From Euglena gracilis (taxonomy: Eukaryota): a DNA stretch of 64,000 bases. The position numbers and the translations under genes were made by a program. Position 1 is the stretch's first letter, and each line of letters starts with the position of its first letter. The stretch is taken from contig CP154954.1 of the NCBI GenBank assembly GCA_039621445.1, positions 35,697,703 through 35,761,702 on the forward strand. Reading direction: 5' to 3'. The notes beneath the pieces were generated by a model that worked only from the letters and a program-made list of their open reading frames with translations, ran no database searches and had not been told where the DNA came from. Positions 14,211 through 27,100 of the stretch are shown piece after piece.

Positions 14211-17197
14211 ATCATCCCCAAGCACCACTCACACCCCCCCCAACCGCAAAATTTTCCGGATACCTGGGGATATGAATCCGGAATCCATGGTTCTGACGTA
14301 GTCCTGGGATACCCCTTTTTATGTCAGCACCGGCTGGTAGTGGATTGCCACTCCCACGGTTTGCGCACATCACCGCTCTCCTCATTGCCCCCCAAACCTT
14401 CATCACCTGTGGCGTCAACCGCGATAGCCACCAATTTTTCCACACCGTTTTCGAAAACTTTTACCCCGTTACCAACCACACCAACCAACGTTTTCCACAC
14501 CGGGTGTACCGAGAAAGTTCACCCCCTGCCCATTGACACACCAACTTCCGTTCCCCATGAGGCAGGGCAAGCGAGTAGCGGTACCCCCCTCGTTCCACTG
14601 GGTTACAAGACGAAAGCCCAAAGGCCTGAAGTATGTACGGTGTCGAGTAGTCCCCCAGCTGCATCAATACCCCGTTTTCCACCAGATGTATCGCTTTCAG
14701 ATACATCTGTACACCCCCCAGCAGCTTCAAAAGTGCATCCCAACTTTTACACACACCCCCACCAGAACAACATGCGCGACCAGGACCACTACTCCGACAC
14801 TTCCTTCCAATGTGTGCACTGTAGGAGAATTTCCGCCCAGCCAGATTTCGATTGTGGATGTCTAGTCCAAACACCAACACTAATCTCGATTTCGCGTAAC
14901 CATACACTTGGTTGCGGATCGCAATGCGCGACCTTACATCAAGTGCTCCAACAACGAGGTATTGCCTTGTTGTTTGGGACCGCGAAATCCGTGTCACACA
15001 CCTCCCCCACCTCCATCTGGCATGATATGGACTGGGTATGCACCCATCCAACCCATCAACCCTTGGGAATGCCCCTTGGGAGTGTGGATGACACACCCTT
15101 GACATATGTTTGCGGATCCCTGAATTGCGTTACCGCTCTTCAACCCGCGAACCAGGTCGACACCTACGCGATGCGCGTATGGAACGCATTTAATTTTGGT
15201 CAATACCGTATTTTGGAGGAATGGTTCTCCAAAATCGCGGCTTTGGCTGATTCCTTCGATTTGTTGTTGGAAATTGATGCGTTCTCATCAAAAGCGCATG
15301 CGCGCTTGTCGCGATATTGGTCGCGACATACCAACGCATTTCTTAAATTCTGGGGTGATACAGTGATATGGATGCACCCTCCCCCAAAAATTATCCCGGA
15401 TGTGGTGGAGAAAATCCTCCGCGATGAAGCGCGAGGAGCTCTCCTCATACCCGTCAATCCGAATGCGGATTGGTTTCACCAACTATCAAATGTGTGTTTT
15501 CATTGGTGGGATTTACCCGCTGATGTACCACTATTCGAGGATTTTTGTGGTATATTATTACCACCTGTTAAAGAAATCATTTTTCGCGTTTGCTTCTTCG
15601 ACGCATTCGGAATATCCGATTTGCGTGTGCCAAGATACCTTGGTACCAATGGGGATGCCACACCCTCAACGCAGATTTCTGCGGTCATTGAGAGTGCGGA
15701 CCAACACCCCAAGTCTGCTGATTATTGTTCGCGAATTGCTCGCGAATTTCATGGTGTACTGGATAATCCAGTTTACGCCTGCGACATCGACCCCGCGACT
15801 CGCGGTCCGTTCGGTGTTTGCAAAATCGAGCTCAAGGATGGCGCTAAACCTATGCACCGGAAATTCTTCCGTTGCTCGGGTGAACGCGAACAGGCTCTCA
15901 ACGACATGATTGAGAAGCTCATCCAGCGGAAGTGGATTATCCCTTCCAAGAGCGAGTGGACATCACAAGCTTTTGTGGTGCCCAAACCCGCTGACCAGTC
16001 TGGTCAGAAGAAGTGGAGACTGGTGCTGGATTACCGGTACCTGAACTCCCAAACGAAGGATGACCCCTTCCCGTTACCGCTGATCGAGGATTTGATCACA
16101 AAACAATCGGATAACCGGTTGTGGTCAATCTTTGATCTGGAAGACGGTTTCCATCAGATGCATTTGCATCCTGATTCGCAACCGTACACGGCATTCGTGA
16201 CATCCAAGGGTGTGTACCAATGGACGGTACTCCCCATGGGTGTTAAGAATGGCCCAGCCATGTTTCAACACATGATCCAGTGGGTTTTGCGCGATTTACC
16301 GTTTGCTCTGGTGTACATCGATGATGTACTGGTGGGAACCCAACCGCCATCCGCGAAATCGGGCGAGGATATCCTCGACCAGCATTATCGCGATGTGCGC
16401 GCGGTATTATCCGCGTTCCAAAAGCATGTGCTTTTTGTGAAGGGTTCCAAAATGCACCTGTTTCGCAAAATTATTAAGTTTTGCGGACACATCCTGAGCA
16501 ACGGGCAGCGTAAAGCCGCACCCAGTAAGATGGAGGCCATTAAGAAATGGACTCCTGAGGTCATTAAGACCTTAACGCATTTAAAGGGATTTTTGGGATT
16601 AGCCCAGTACTACGCGATTTACATGAAAGATTTCGCGAAAATCGCGGTACCCCTAACCCGACAACTCAAAAATCGGACACCCGATAACGCAAAAGTCATT
16701 TGGGATGACCCAATGCGCGAGGCCTTGAATAAAATCAAGTACTTGCTCCTCGAGAACGTGGTTCTCGATATCGCGGATCCATACAAACCGTATGTCCTGG
16801 AGGTCGACAGCAGCGATTACGCTGTTGGCGGGGTTCTTAGCCAGCATAATGCGGCGAATGAACTCCGACCTGTGGCTTTCTTCAGCAGGAAGCTACAGGG
16901 CGACAACGGGAAAGGACAGGTTAAATGGAGCATTCGCGAAAAGGAGACATATGCCATTGTGCTTATTCTCCAGAAGTTCCGCAGCTGGATGGCCAGCAGC
17001 CTGGTCCAGATACTGGTGTTGACGGATCGTGAAAGCCTTCAACACTGGTATACCGAGGACCTAAACAAGGCCATGTCATCAGTGGGCAGAAGATGCCGAT
17101 GGCATGAGTTCTTGAGCCAGTTTAACCTGGTGGTAGTTTATACCCCAGGTCACACGCAAAAAGTTGCGGATCCTCTCAGCCGAGCCCCCTGGTATTA
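14211..17197 (+). pseudogene. pol: pol of element A continued: protease C-terminus, Cys-rich linker, Dam-like MTase fold (~15200-15610), RT (YIDD 16314-16325), RNase H; truncated by LTR at 17198
   Basis: Open frame with motifs WRLVLDYRYLN, DLEDGFHQ, LPMGVKNGP, YIDD, DSSDYAVGGVL, EKETYAIV, VADPLSR. Confidence 0.92.
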
Positions 17198-17606
17198 GTG
17201 TACGTCCAAGGACTTCCCTTTGACCCCTTTTGTCCCGGAAAAGCCTGTTTCGCTTTCTCCTGGTGCGCACCTACTTAGGTGAGTAAAAATCCTTGGAGTA
17301 ACAAAAGCCCTTTTCCCAATTCCCCTATGCTAAGGCAGAGCACAAAGCAAGGCGCTGTAGAAGGATTTTCCTTCACAGTCGAGTTCAGTCTTTTCAGAGG
17401 TTAATCCTCTTGCTTCAAAACAATCAAAATGTGAAGAATAGAATACCACCTGTGAGGAAAAGAGATCACGCAGGCACGTGTGATACGTGTCGCTAAATCC
17501 CATAGGATCTGCCACGATCGTCAGGCTGTGTTCATCACAGCCGTCAGATTGTGACGGATCCAGACTCTGCAGGTTTCCCACAGAGCTGGGATCGTGCCTG
17601 GTACAC
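17198..17606 (-). repeat. 3' LTR of element B (409 bp)
   Basis: Direct repeat of 33593-34001; preceded on the minus strand by the PPT. Confidence 0.95.
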
Positions 17607-17607
17607 A

Positions 17608-17617
17608 TCCCCCTCCC
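17608..17617 (-). promoter_or_regulatory. Polypurine tract GGGAGGGGGA
   Basis: Minus strand reads GGGAGGGGGA-T-GTGTACC immediately before the 3' LTR. Confidence 0.85.
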
Positions 17618-18498
17618 AGGGCTATGCCCGATTTCCTTCTTGGACCAGGTCATCCCAGGTCCCGTCAGGATTTCAGACACAGCCCTGATCGGGTTCTGTT
17701 TTCCAGAACACGGATCTCTTTTCTCCACAGGGGCGCAACCCAAAAACCCGAAAACGCGCAAAAGGTTACCGCTTATCGCGGTTACCTATTAGCCGTTTCG
17801 GCTTAGGGGTGCGAAAAAGCCCACTGTGGGAAATTGGGGCTTGGCAGGTTTCCTGTCAAAGTATCCCATCCACCCACTTTGGGTGCGCCAAAGGCACGCG
17901 GGGTTGGTCAAGCGATTCGCTGAAAACCCGAGGGGAGAGGTGTGGAAGGGGGGGGGGCAGGCTCCTATCCTGGTCATACCCGGATAGGGCTCCTAGGCGG
18001 TCATATCCGCACTAGGAAACAAAAGCCTACTTACAAAACCGACTGCCGGCGACAGCTTTGCGGGGGTGGGGGGAAAGTAGGGAGGAGAGGGGGGCTGGCT
18101 TAGGCCAGAACAGAATTTTTGCTGTCTGGCAGCCTTAAGGGCCTTAGGGCCGAAAAGTGACAAGTTGGCCTATTATTACGGCGTGCGCGCTGTGTGCTGT
18201 GCGTCACTTAGCGGCTTGCCAGGTTTCCCGGCTGCCAAGGTCTTCACAGCAGTAGCTCCTTCACGACGCAATAAGAGGCGATTACCTCCCGCAGACGGTT
18301 TCCGTCCGCATGGTCACTGGTATAATGGGTTGGCAGGGGGGGGGGGGCTCTTGGATGCTTCCATCCAGAGCGCTGAGGGACACAGACCCAGGTTCATCCC
18401 AGGGCTGTTTAGCGATTTCCGCTTCCAGTGTATATATATAGTGTATGAGCTCCATGAAGGCGCTTACCTTACATGGGCTTGGTAATGCCGTTTCGGCA

Positions 18499-21400
18499 TT
18501 ACATCCGCTCCAGCCGCCAATAGTCATGGCGGGAGTCCAAGGGATCTTCCACAAGGACCATCTGGAATTGTGGTGGCTGTGGCCTGTCGACAAGCCAGGT
18601 TTCTGGCGAGTCGTAGTCGAAATCAGGTGCGATCCAGTCCCGAACCCATCCTTCGGGTACTGTCTGCTTGGTGGCACTCGCTCTTTCCGCGAGAAACCAC
18701 TGCAGCTTCTCCCAGAATTTCCTGGGCAAAGTCGCTGGCCAGATGAAGTAGTTTCTCCGAGGGTGATTGGCTGACACCTGCGGGGCATTCCCCGGGTGGA
18801 AGTCGATGGGAACGTGATAGGCGCATTCCGCCCGGACTGTATGGGGTCGCAATACGGCCCCTAGCCAGTCCTTCCAGGTCATCCCGTGTTTTTCGGGTGG
18901 CCATTGTGGTAGGCACCAGCGACCGTTTCGGTCCTGGGTTGTGAACAGGCGGAAAAGTATCTTTTCCCTGTCCGCTGTCTCCCAGAGGTAAGGTAATCTT
19001 ACCCCTGCTTCCTCAGCAGCGAGGCGTATCGCCCCACTGTCGATCTGCCACCCACGGGCCATTCCCGTGTGGCGGTAGTCGTCAAGCTTGAGGTTGGCAT
19101 ACTTGAAAACGTCCTTGAACTTTTTGTTCAAGGTGGAGTATTCCTCCAGTGGCTTCTCGGCACTCGGCACGATTGTGCGAACTGCGCCTTCCGCAGTGTG
19201 CCAGAAGGTACCTCGCAGGCAATTGACGCAGAGTACTGGTACATTCGTACCATCTCGTTCCGTGTAGCAAAAAATTGTGCTTGTGGGTCCAACTGTCCAC
19301 GCACTTGGCGCATACCAAGGCGGCACAGTTGGGTATGTACATATCCTTGTGGAACGATTTCCGCTCCACAGGGTTGCACACATGGACGAGGGGTAATCCC
19401 AAGTCAGGGGCACTGTTGTACATCCTGTGGCAAACAGTGCAGAGCCACACAAATCGGTTTTCCGATGTTCTGTCGACGAGGAATTCCTCGCCAAAGTATT
19501 GGGCCAAAACACGTGGTGATCTGGAATTGTAATAATTCCAGGTGACATTCTGGTCAAAGGACCATTTCCGTCCTTGACAGAACAGTGGTTCAATCCACCG
19601 ATTGAGACATTGGTCTGTTCGCAGCTTGTGTTCGATCATCATGTACCTGTTTTTCAGGTCATGAGTCTCAGGATCATCCTGAGTCATCGCATTCCAGTCG
19701 ATGACAACTTCGCCTTCCGAAGGTGTCGTAGTCGTAGAGGCGCGGGATTTTCCCTGCCCCTTCGTAGGTGGTTTCGGCTGTGAGGTTTTCCCATAGCCGG
19801 ATGATGTGACCTGTGTGAATCCTCCTCCCGAGGCTAATCCTCGAGAAGAAGATGCACCCTGGCCTCCAGCACCACCACCGCCTTTCGGTGGGGGCTGATC
19901 ACCTGTCTTAGGTGAGGGTTTGCAAGGCGCGGCACCGGGCTTTGATTTGGCCGGGGCCTTCGGACTTCCGCTTTCCGGAGCATCCGAGGGTCGCCGTTCG
20001 GCGTCACGCTTGCTTGACCAGGTGCGTGGTGTGAGGGCTGGGCCGGGGGTCTTTTCCCCGACACCGAGCGTCGTTGACCTTCAGCAGGGGTTTCCCGAGC
20101 TGAGGGTCGCCCTACGCGTTCTTTCGCTGCGCTCGTGGGTTTCCCAGGAGCAGCCGTGGGGGACGGTGTGGGTGTGTGGACGTCGCCGCTGCACTTCGCG
20201 TTGGCGGAGTCTGTGGTGGGGGCATGGATGTCCGTGCAGCCTGTTTTTCAGGTGCCGGTGTCCGTGTGCCCGCACGCTTCGGTGCAGTGACCGCTGTGTG
20301 TGGAGGTACGGGCTCATCCCGTGCCTCTGATCCGCTACCGGTGCTAATGCAGGTTCATCCTGCACTGGCACGGGTAGCGTTGTCACCACTGACATTTGCC
20401 GTTGGTTCGCCCTCCGTCCGTGTCGTTTCCGACACCGGCGGTGGCGCGGCCATTGGGGGAGGTTCATCCTCCTCCATGGCTGCAGCTTCAGTTGTTTCGT
20501 CCGCTGGCTGGGCAGTTTCCGCCACAGCAGTGGAAGAACTGGCCGCAGTGCCACGTGGGGTGACAACTGCGATCAGTGATCGCAAACCGCCGAGTACACG
20601 TCCGCCCAGTGAGGGGCGCCGTTCAGGTCCTTCCCCTGAAGTGGGCTCCTCCACTGGCTCCTCTGTCGTCGGGATTTCCCCGGGGACAGGAAGCTTGAGG
20701 CGTAATACCTCAGGCGTATGGGTTACCGTCTCCGGCGGGTTTTCCCGCGGAGGGGTCGGTCCTCCTGGCGTACCCGGTGAGGATGGTGACAGTGGGACAG
20801 GCGTCATTTCACCTGTCGGTGATCCCGGGCGCTGGGCGGTTTCCGCCACAGTGTCCAGCATCACAACCGATGGGCTACGGGTTTCCCGTGCCGGAGGTTC
20901 CGCAGGCTGAGGTTCATCCTCGGCCATTGGGACCACTTCTTCCGTCTCCTCCGCTTCCGGAGGTGAGTCCTCTGTGTGTAGCTGTGCTGCAGAACGCGGG
21001 TCTTCCCCGGTTCTGTAGCACCCCTGTGCGTCTGACAGGCGGAAAAAGCTAATACTTTCGCTCCTGTCAGAGTTGGGATATGGGGGTGGCCATGACGGTC
21101 TTACCCAGCTTCCGGGTAAGGGCTCTGGCTCGTCCTCGTTGTTACGGCAGAGGTCTTCCCACTGCATTCGCCGATCCCAGCTCATGCCACGTTCTCCTGT
21201 GTCTTCCAGGAAGGCTGGTAGCGGCAAGGCATAACGTGGTTGTTTTTCCACGTCTGCTGCGTAGAAGGACTGGAAATCTTCCCAGATCAGGATATTCCCG
21301 AACTGGTTTTCCATGTGCTTCGGAAGACCGATTTCGGCCTCGTACCAGTCCGGCCGCAGGTTCATCCTGCGTCGGTCTTGGTCATTCGGTCTGGCTTCTT

Positions 21401-23950
21401 CCTCGGTGTATCCCCGAGGTAACCACTTCCTGTGAATATTCACATCAGTGGTCATGTACTCCAGGAAATAAATGTACACCTCCAGGACGTAGGTAATCCA
21501 CGCCCTGTGCCAGTATTGTTGAAGCAGAAATATTTTCTGCCGGTGCTGTTTCAGCACCTTTCGATCTTGCGTTCCGATCTGGGGCTTTCGGCACTGATGC
21601 AGGAGAAATCTCCTGGTCAGTGGGCTGCCGGCATTCTCGGCAGTCGGAGGCGGTTTTCCACGCTCACCGAAACCCCAGAAATCAACAATGTGTTGCTCTT
21701 TGCAAAACTGGCATTCCAGCTTGTAACGCTGAGGATAGGCGAGGTCCACGTCCAGTACCTTGAACAGCATGCCATACATGCTATCCAAGAATACTTGGAG
21801 GTTGTTCGTGAACATTACCGCAGCCTGCACCTGGAGTTTCTCCGGCAGGGGGTAATACTTCCACTGGATTCCCAGTGCGCTGACGGAATACATGTGGTTG
21901 AAGATTTCCTTCAACTGTGCGACGAACGTTTCATCGTCAGGACATGTTCCCAAACAGTTCACGTACGACTGACCGTTTCGGTCAGTAAAGATGCCGAAGT
22001 TCTGGCAGGGGTATATCCCAACCCGAACCACAGCGCCCCGAATCCGGGCATCCTGTCCAGGACGACTTCATTCGAATGATGGTATCCATCTAATGCATTA
22101 AGCCCAGAACTGTCGAAACATCGTTTGCAGTGATCGTACATACGATCCTGTACCACTTCGAGCACCGCTTCCGGTGGTCGGTGGATGACGTTACCTGCAC
22201 GCGTGTACTGCTGAAGATTTTCTTCAATTTTCGGCCAGATCTCATCCAGGTAGTCGAACACCTGGTTAACGTCGTAATCCTTCGTTTTCGAAGGGTCGGC
22301 GGCTTTTCCGCCTTTTCCTGTCGGGGGTCCGGCAGATTTTCCGCCTTTGCCTGGAGCTGGTCCAGCGGGTTTTCCGCCTTTCCCAGATGGGGCTTTCCCA
22401 CCTTTCTCCTGGCCTTTACCTTTACCCTTACCCTTGCCTTTTCCTTTACCCTTGCCCTTCGTGTTGGACAGCCATTCTATTGTCGCCCGATATGGGTCCC
22501 AATATTCCCAGTATTCTGGGTCTTCTTCTGTATACACAGGATAAGTCACGGATTCCGTGCTTGGTGTTCGAGCAAATTCCTGCTCAGCATCACCACGATT
22601 CGAGTAAACCGGTGCGACTGGGGATGGTCGGGTTTCCCGACGTGCCCGTTCTGCCGTCACGTCGGGCGCTGGCGGAGCTTCCTCCTCAGCGTCGACGTGC
22701 ATCGCCGCGGGCGGATTTTCCGACCTCGGCGAGCGGCGTTGTGGCTGCGGCGTCAGATTTTCCGGGCCGCGGTCACGTTTGCCGGCGGCAGAGCTTGTGG
22801 GTCGTGCTGGTGGCGCTTCCGCCACAGCCACGTCCCGCTGTCGCGCTGGTTGACTTAACCGTGATGGAGCTGGGACTCCTGTGAGAGCCGACACAGCAGC
22901 ATCATACTGCTGGCGCTCTTCCCGTGTCATTTCCGCCCGGGCAGGGTATCCCTGGCCAGCGGAAACAGGGGGGCGACGTGCGATTTGTCGTTGGATCGTC
23001 ACAGCATATTCATACTGTTGACGGTCCTCCTCAGTCTCGAACGGCCGACCAGTCCACGGGTTAACGGGTTCATCCCGTGCCGGGGGAACTGGTGCCGCAC
23101 GAGGCGCTGCCGCGGCTTCCCGCGGACGAGCGCTTCGGGCAGAGTCAGACGTCGGGGGAGGATTTCCCGCCGCAGGACGTCGTGGGATAGGGTCAGGTAT
23201 AGTGGGGTGGGGTTGAGGTGGATATACATACTGATCCTGTGGGCTTGGCGCCTCCTGGGGATAATCCCCAGAGACGGCGTACTGAGACACAGGCTCCTGC
23301 GCAGGATAATCCCGCCGGGGCATGCGCTCAGGGGATCGAAAAATACTTTCTTTCACACGTGGGTGTTCACTCCGGACAGGTGCTTCCACCGTCTCTTCCT
23401 CGGGTAATCCGGGGGAGTGAGCACGAAAATGTGCAGTGTAAGTGCCAACGGGTGGTACCTGCCTTGCGACCTGTGGCGGGACTTCCACGCCCAGGTCACG
23501 CATGGTAATGTCTGCCGCGAAACCCGACGCGTCCGGGTCGGTGTAATACACCAGACCGGTCATCGTCGCCTGGGCGCACATACACCACAGGGCTGGAGGG
23601 GTATTCGCGATGGTCAAAACTTTACGGCAGTGGTCATCCCACAATGCCTGTGTGAGTTGGTCTGGTGCCGGGTTTGCGCTCATACGCATAACCCGGTTCA
23701 TCGTCTCCGCCGTGCGGTGGATCATCACACCCGCATACGGTGGGAGGCGACGAGAGCCTGATGGCTGAGATGGCCGCGCTTCCGCGGGCATCTGGGTCAT
23801 CCTGCTACTGCTGCTGGCTTCAGGGTTTCCCTGAGCCGCAGTCCGTGCAGGTGGCTGCGTACCGTATCGGTATGCATACTGGTCAGGTTGAGGGTGAGTG
23901 GTGGGGTGGTAAGGCGGTCCTCCGCCTGGCTCCCTTCCACCGGGCAGCAT
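18499..23950 (-). pseudogene. Extra ORF3 (about 1800 aa if frameshifts are joined), unknown function: Pro/Arg-rich disordered blocks, (KG)n tract, central folded domain, C-terminal Cys-rich RING-like plus Trp-rich domain
   Basis: Overlapping same-strand ORFs 21959..24112, 20355..22031, 19082..19687 and 18499..19593 can be joined by small indels; lies between the pol stop and the 3' LTR. Start is uncertain (ATG at 23950 or 24112). Confidence 0.65.
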
Positions 23951-24118
23951 GATACCGCCCGGGGTCGGTACGGTAAATTGTGTGGGTGGTTTGTTGTCAA
24001 GTGAAAGGTATCTCCCTGGTTTGGGTATTGGTTGGCAAACAAAAATTCTGCGGAAAGAAAGAATGATAAGAATCAATGATAAAAAGAAAAGAAAACAACA
24101 TGGGTTTCCCATGCGTTC

Positions 24119-27100
24119 TCAAAAACTTGTCATGGAAACATCAATGTTATGTTTTTTATTCCACAGCTTCCAATCTTGCTGGACATACCCAACAAAACTG
24201 GTTGCTGGCTCCCAAGTGTCCTCCTCGGGCCCATACCCTTTCCAGCGGACCTTCCAAAGGTGCATACCTTTGTCGATTTTGTGATCGATAATTTTATCGA
24301 CTACAAAGTCGTCCGTCTCAGGTAATCTGGAACGGGGTTTGAAGTGCAAACACGGGATGGGTTTCCCATCCGGTGGCGACAGGTATGGTTGAACTCGTCC
24401 ATATGAACGTCCTCAACACCATTCGGTAATGCAACCTTGTAACGCCCGCTGGTACCTAGTCTTTCTAGGATTTCACAGGGGCCGAGCCAGAGGGGGTCCA
24501 GCTTGGAAGACTGCATGCGAGTACGGCTATTCCGTACCCACACGCGGTCACCGGGACTGTAAACAGGTGACTTGAAATTCTGCAAAAACGATTTCCGTTT
24601 TGCTGCATGAATCTCAGTCACGCGTTTCTGGACTGCAGAACGTAGATTTTCTACTTCCGCAAACCAGGTCTCGCAACTGACACTCGTTCGGGCGGGTCTC
24701 TCCGAAGGGACATCCCCTATGGCCGGAGGGTCCCGTCCGAAAACTAATTTATAGGGGGAGTGAGTGAGGTAAAACCAACCCTGGTAGGGTATTGATATAA
24801 AACAAAGACCATGGTAGAACTGATATCCAGTTGCTGCGCGAGTCAGCCAGTGAAAGGCGAAGCATATTCACGACGGATTTCACGGCTGCCTCGGCTCTAC
24901 CATTGCCTTTGGGTCGGTATATAATGGAAAAATGTTGCTCGATTCCGAGTAAACCGCACAAAGTGGTGAAAAACCTTGAAGAAATCAAATGGTCTTGATC
25001 ACGCACAATTTCATTCGGTAAACCCATCAAGCAAATGCATTTCTCCAAAAATATAGCTGCCAAACTTTGGGCAGTCAACCCTGACTTCTGGCATGGAATG
25101 GCTACAATGTACCCACTCAGCCTGCAGACGACAACAAAAACGTAATCGTAAATTTTGTCGTCTGTTCCTTTGCACGGTTCTAATTCCAGAAAATCCATGC
25201 AGAGGGAAGTGAAAATGTCAGGGGTACGGGGAAAAAGTCCATCGTACCAGGGGGGGTACCTCTGCGGGGTTTTACCGCTTGACAAATTTGACACCGTTGC
25301 GCTATTCGCAAACAGCGTGAGTAAAGCTCTTTCTCGCTCAGGGTTGTACAGTACCTGCGGCCCACCAACGAAAGAAGTTTGGGGGCCCCAGGGTGACCAT
25401 GGTTGTGATAACACAAAATCACATCATCAACCAGGTCCTGGGGGATACAATATTTGTAACCCGATTCATTGCGAAAAACCAACCGTAAAGGTGAAAGAGT
25501 GTAATTATCCAGCACTTCGCCATTACGAAGTCTGGTGACAATGGTGTCATACACCGGATCACGACTATAATCCCATTCGCGAAAGAACAGTGGGGAAGGG
25601 GACTCCGTGCGCGTAATACGCCGGGGCCCGGACGTGCTTCCACGTCGGCGCCTTCCTCGCACTGGTGCGACCAGGAATAGTTGTGAAACGGGAAAAGAAT
25701 CCAAAAGATTATCCGCAGCGTCGTTTCGACGTGCGTAGTCGTCAGCTTCCTGACTTCCATGAAAAGTCGCGTCTCCCTCATCCGGGTTCCCAGGGTAATA
25801 CCAAGGGGCCCGACTGAGCGGATCCGCTACTTTTTGTGTGTGACCAGGGGTATAGATAACCACAAGGTTGAATTGACTCAAGAACTCATGCCATCTGCAT
25901 CGCCTTCCGACCGATGACATGGCCTTGTTCAAATCCTCGGTGTACCAGTGTTGGAGACTCTCATGGTCGGTCTTGACGAGGATCTGGACGAGGCTGCTGG
26001 CTACCCAGCTTCGGAATTTCTGGAGTATAAGCACGATTGCGTAGGTTTCCTTCTCGCGTATACTCCATTTGACTTGACCTTTTCCATCGTCGCCCTGTAA
26101 CTTTCTGCTGAAGAAAGCCACAGGTCGGAGCTCATTCGCCGCATTATGCTGGCTAAGAACTCCGCCAACAGCGTAATCGCTGCTGTCGACTTCCAACACG
26201 TATGGTTTGTACGGGTCCGCGATTTCGAGGACAACATTCTCCAAAAGCAAAACCTTGATTTTCTCAAGGGCCTCGCGCATTTGGTCATCCCAAATGACTT
26301 TGGTGTTGTCAACAGCCCGGTTTTTGAGCTGTTTGGTGAGGGGCACCGCGATTTTCGCGAAGTCCTTCATATAAATCGCGTAGTATATTGGGCTAATCCC
26401 AAAAATCCTTTGAGGTGAGTAATCGTTTTGATTACCTCAGGGGTCCATTTCTTAATGGCTTCGAGTTTACTCGGAGCGGCTTTCCGCTGTCCATTGCTGA
26501 GGATGTGACCGCAAAATTTTATGAGAATCCGAAACAAATGCATTTTCGCGCCTTTCGCGAAAAGCACATGTTTTTGAAAAGCGGTTAATACCGCGCAAAC
26601 ATGGTGGAAGTGTGTGACGAGGATATCCTCGCTCGATTTTGCGGATGGTGGTGGTGTTCCCACCAGCACATCATCAATGTACACAATGGCAAACGGTAAA
26701 TCGCGTAGAACCCATTGTATCATGCGCTGAAACATGGCTGGGCCATTCTTAACACCCATGGGGAGTACCGTCCATTGGTACACACCCTTGGATGTCACGA
26801 ATGCCGTGTATGGTTGGGAGTCAGGGTGTAAGTGCATTTGGTGAAAACCGTCCTCCAGATCGAAAATTGACCACAACCGGTTTTCCGATTGTTTGGTGAT
26901 CAAATCCTCGATCAGGGGGAGCGGGAAGGGATCATCCCTTGTTTGGGAGTTCAGGTACCGGTAATCCAGCACCAGCCTCCATTTCTTCTGACCTGAGGGG
27001 TCTGGGGGTTTAGGAACAACAAATGCCTGGGATGTCCACTCGCTTTTCGAGGGTACTATCCACTTGCGCTGAATAAGCTTCTCAATCATTTCATTGAGAG

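Larger units (their letters stand above)
11641..17197 (+). mobile_element. Ty3/gypsy element A (diverged paralog of element B), partial, interrupted by two B insertions
   Basis: Gag C-terminus, UAG, protease, MTase-like, RT and RNase H are collinear with the minus-strand element B but show many substitutions. Confidence 0.9.

Noticed and set aside
14598-14640. Hammerhead- or twister-like words (CGAAA, CTGAAG, GGTTACAAG...GAGTA)
   Set aside because: Only 10 nt separate GAAA and CTGA, too few for stems III and I, and I could not build the twister pairings. Kept only as a conserved island.
24040-24112. Signal-peptide-like start (MGNPCCFLFFLSLILIILSF) suggesting Env
   Set aside because: Probably a translated T-rich spacer after the pol stop; the downstream protein is largely disordered and lacks an evident transmembrane anchor. 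Not fully excluded.
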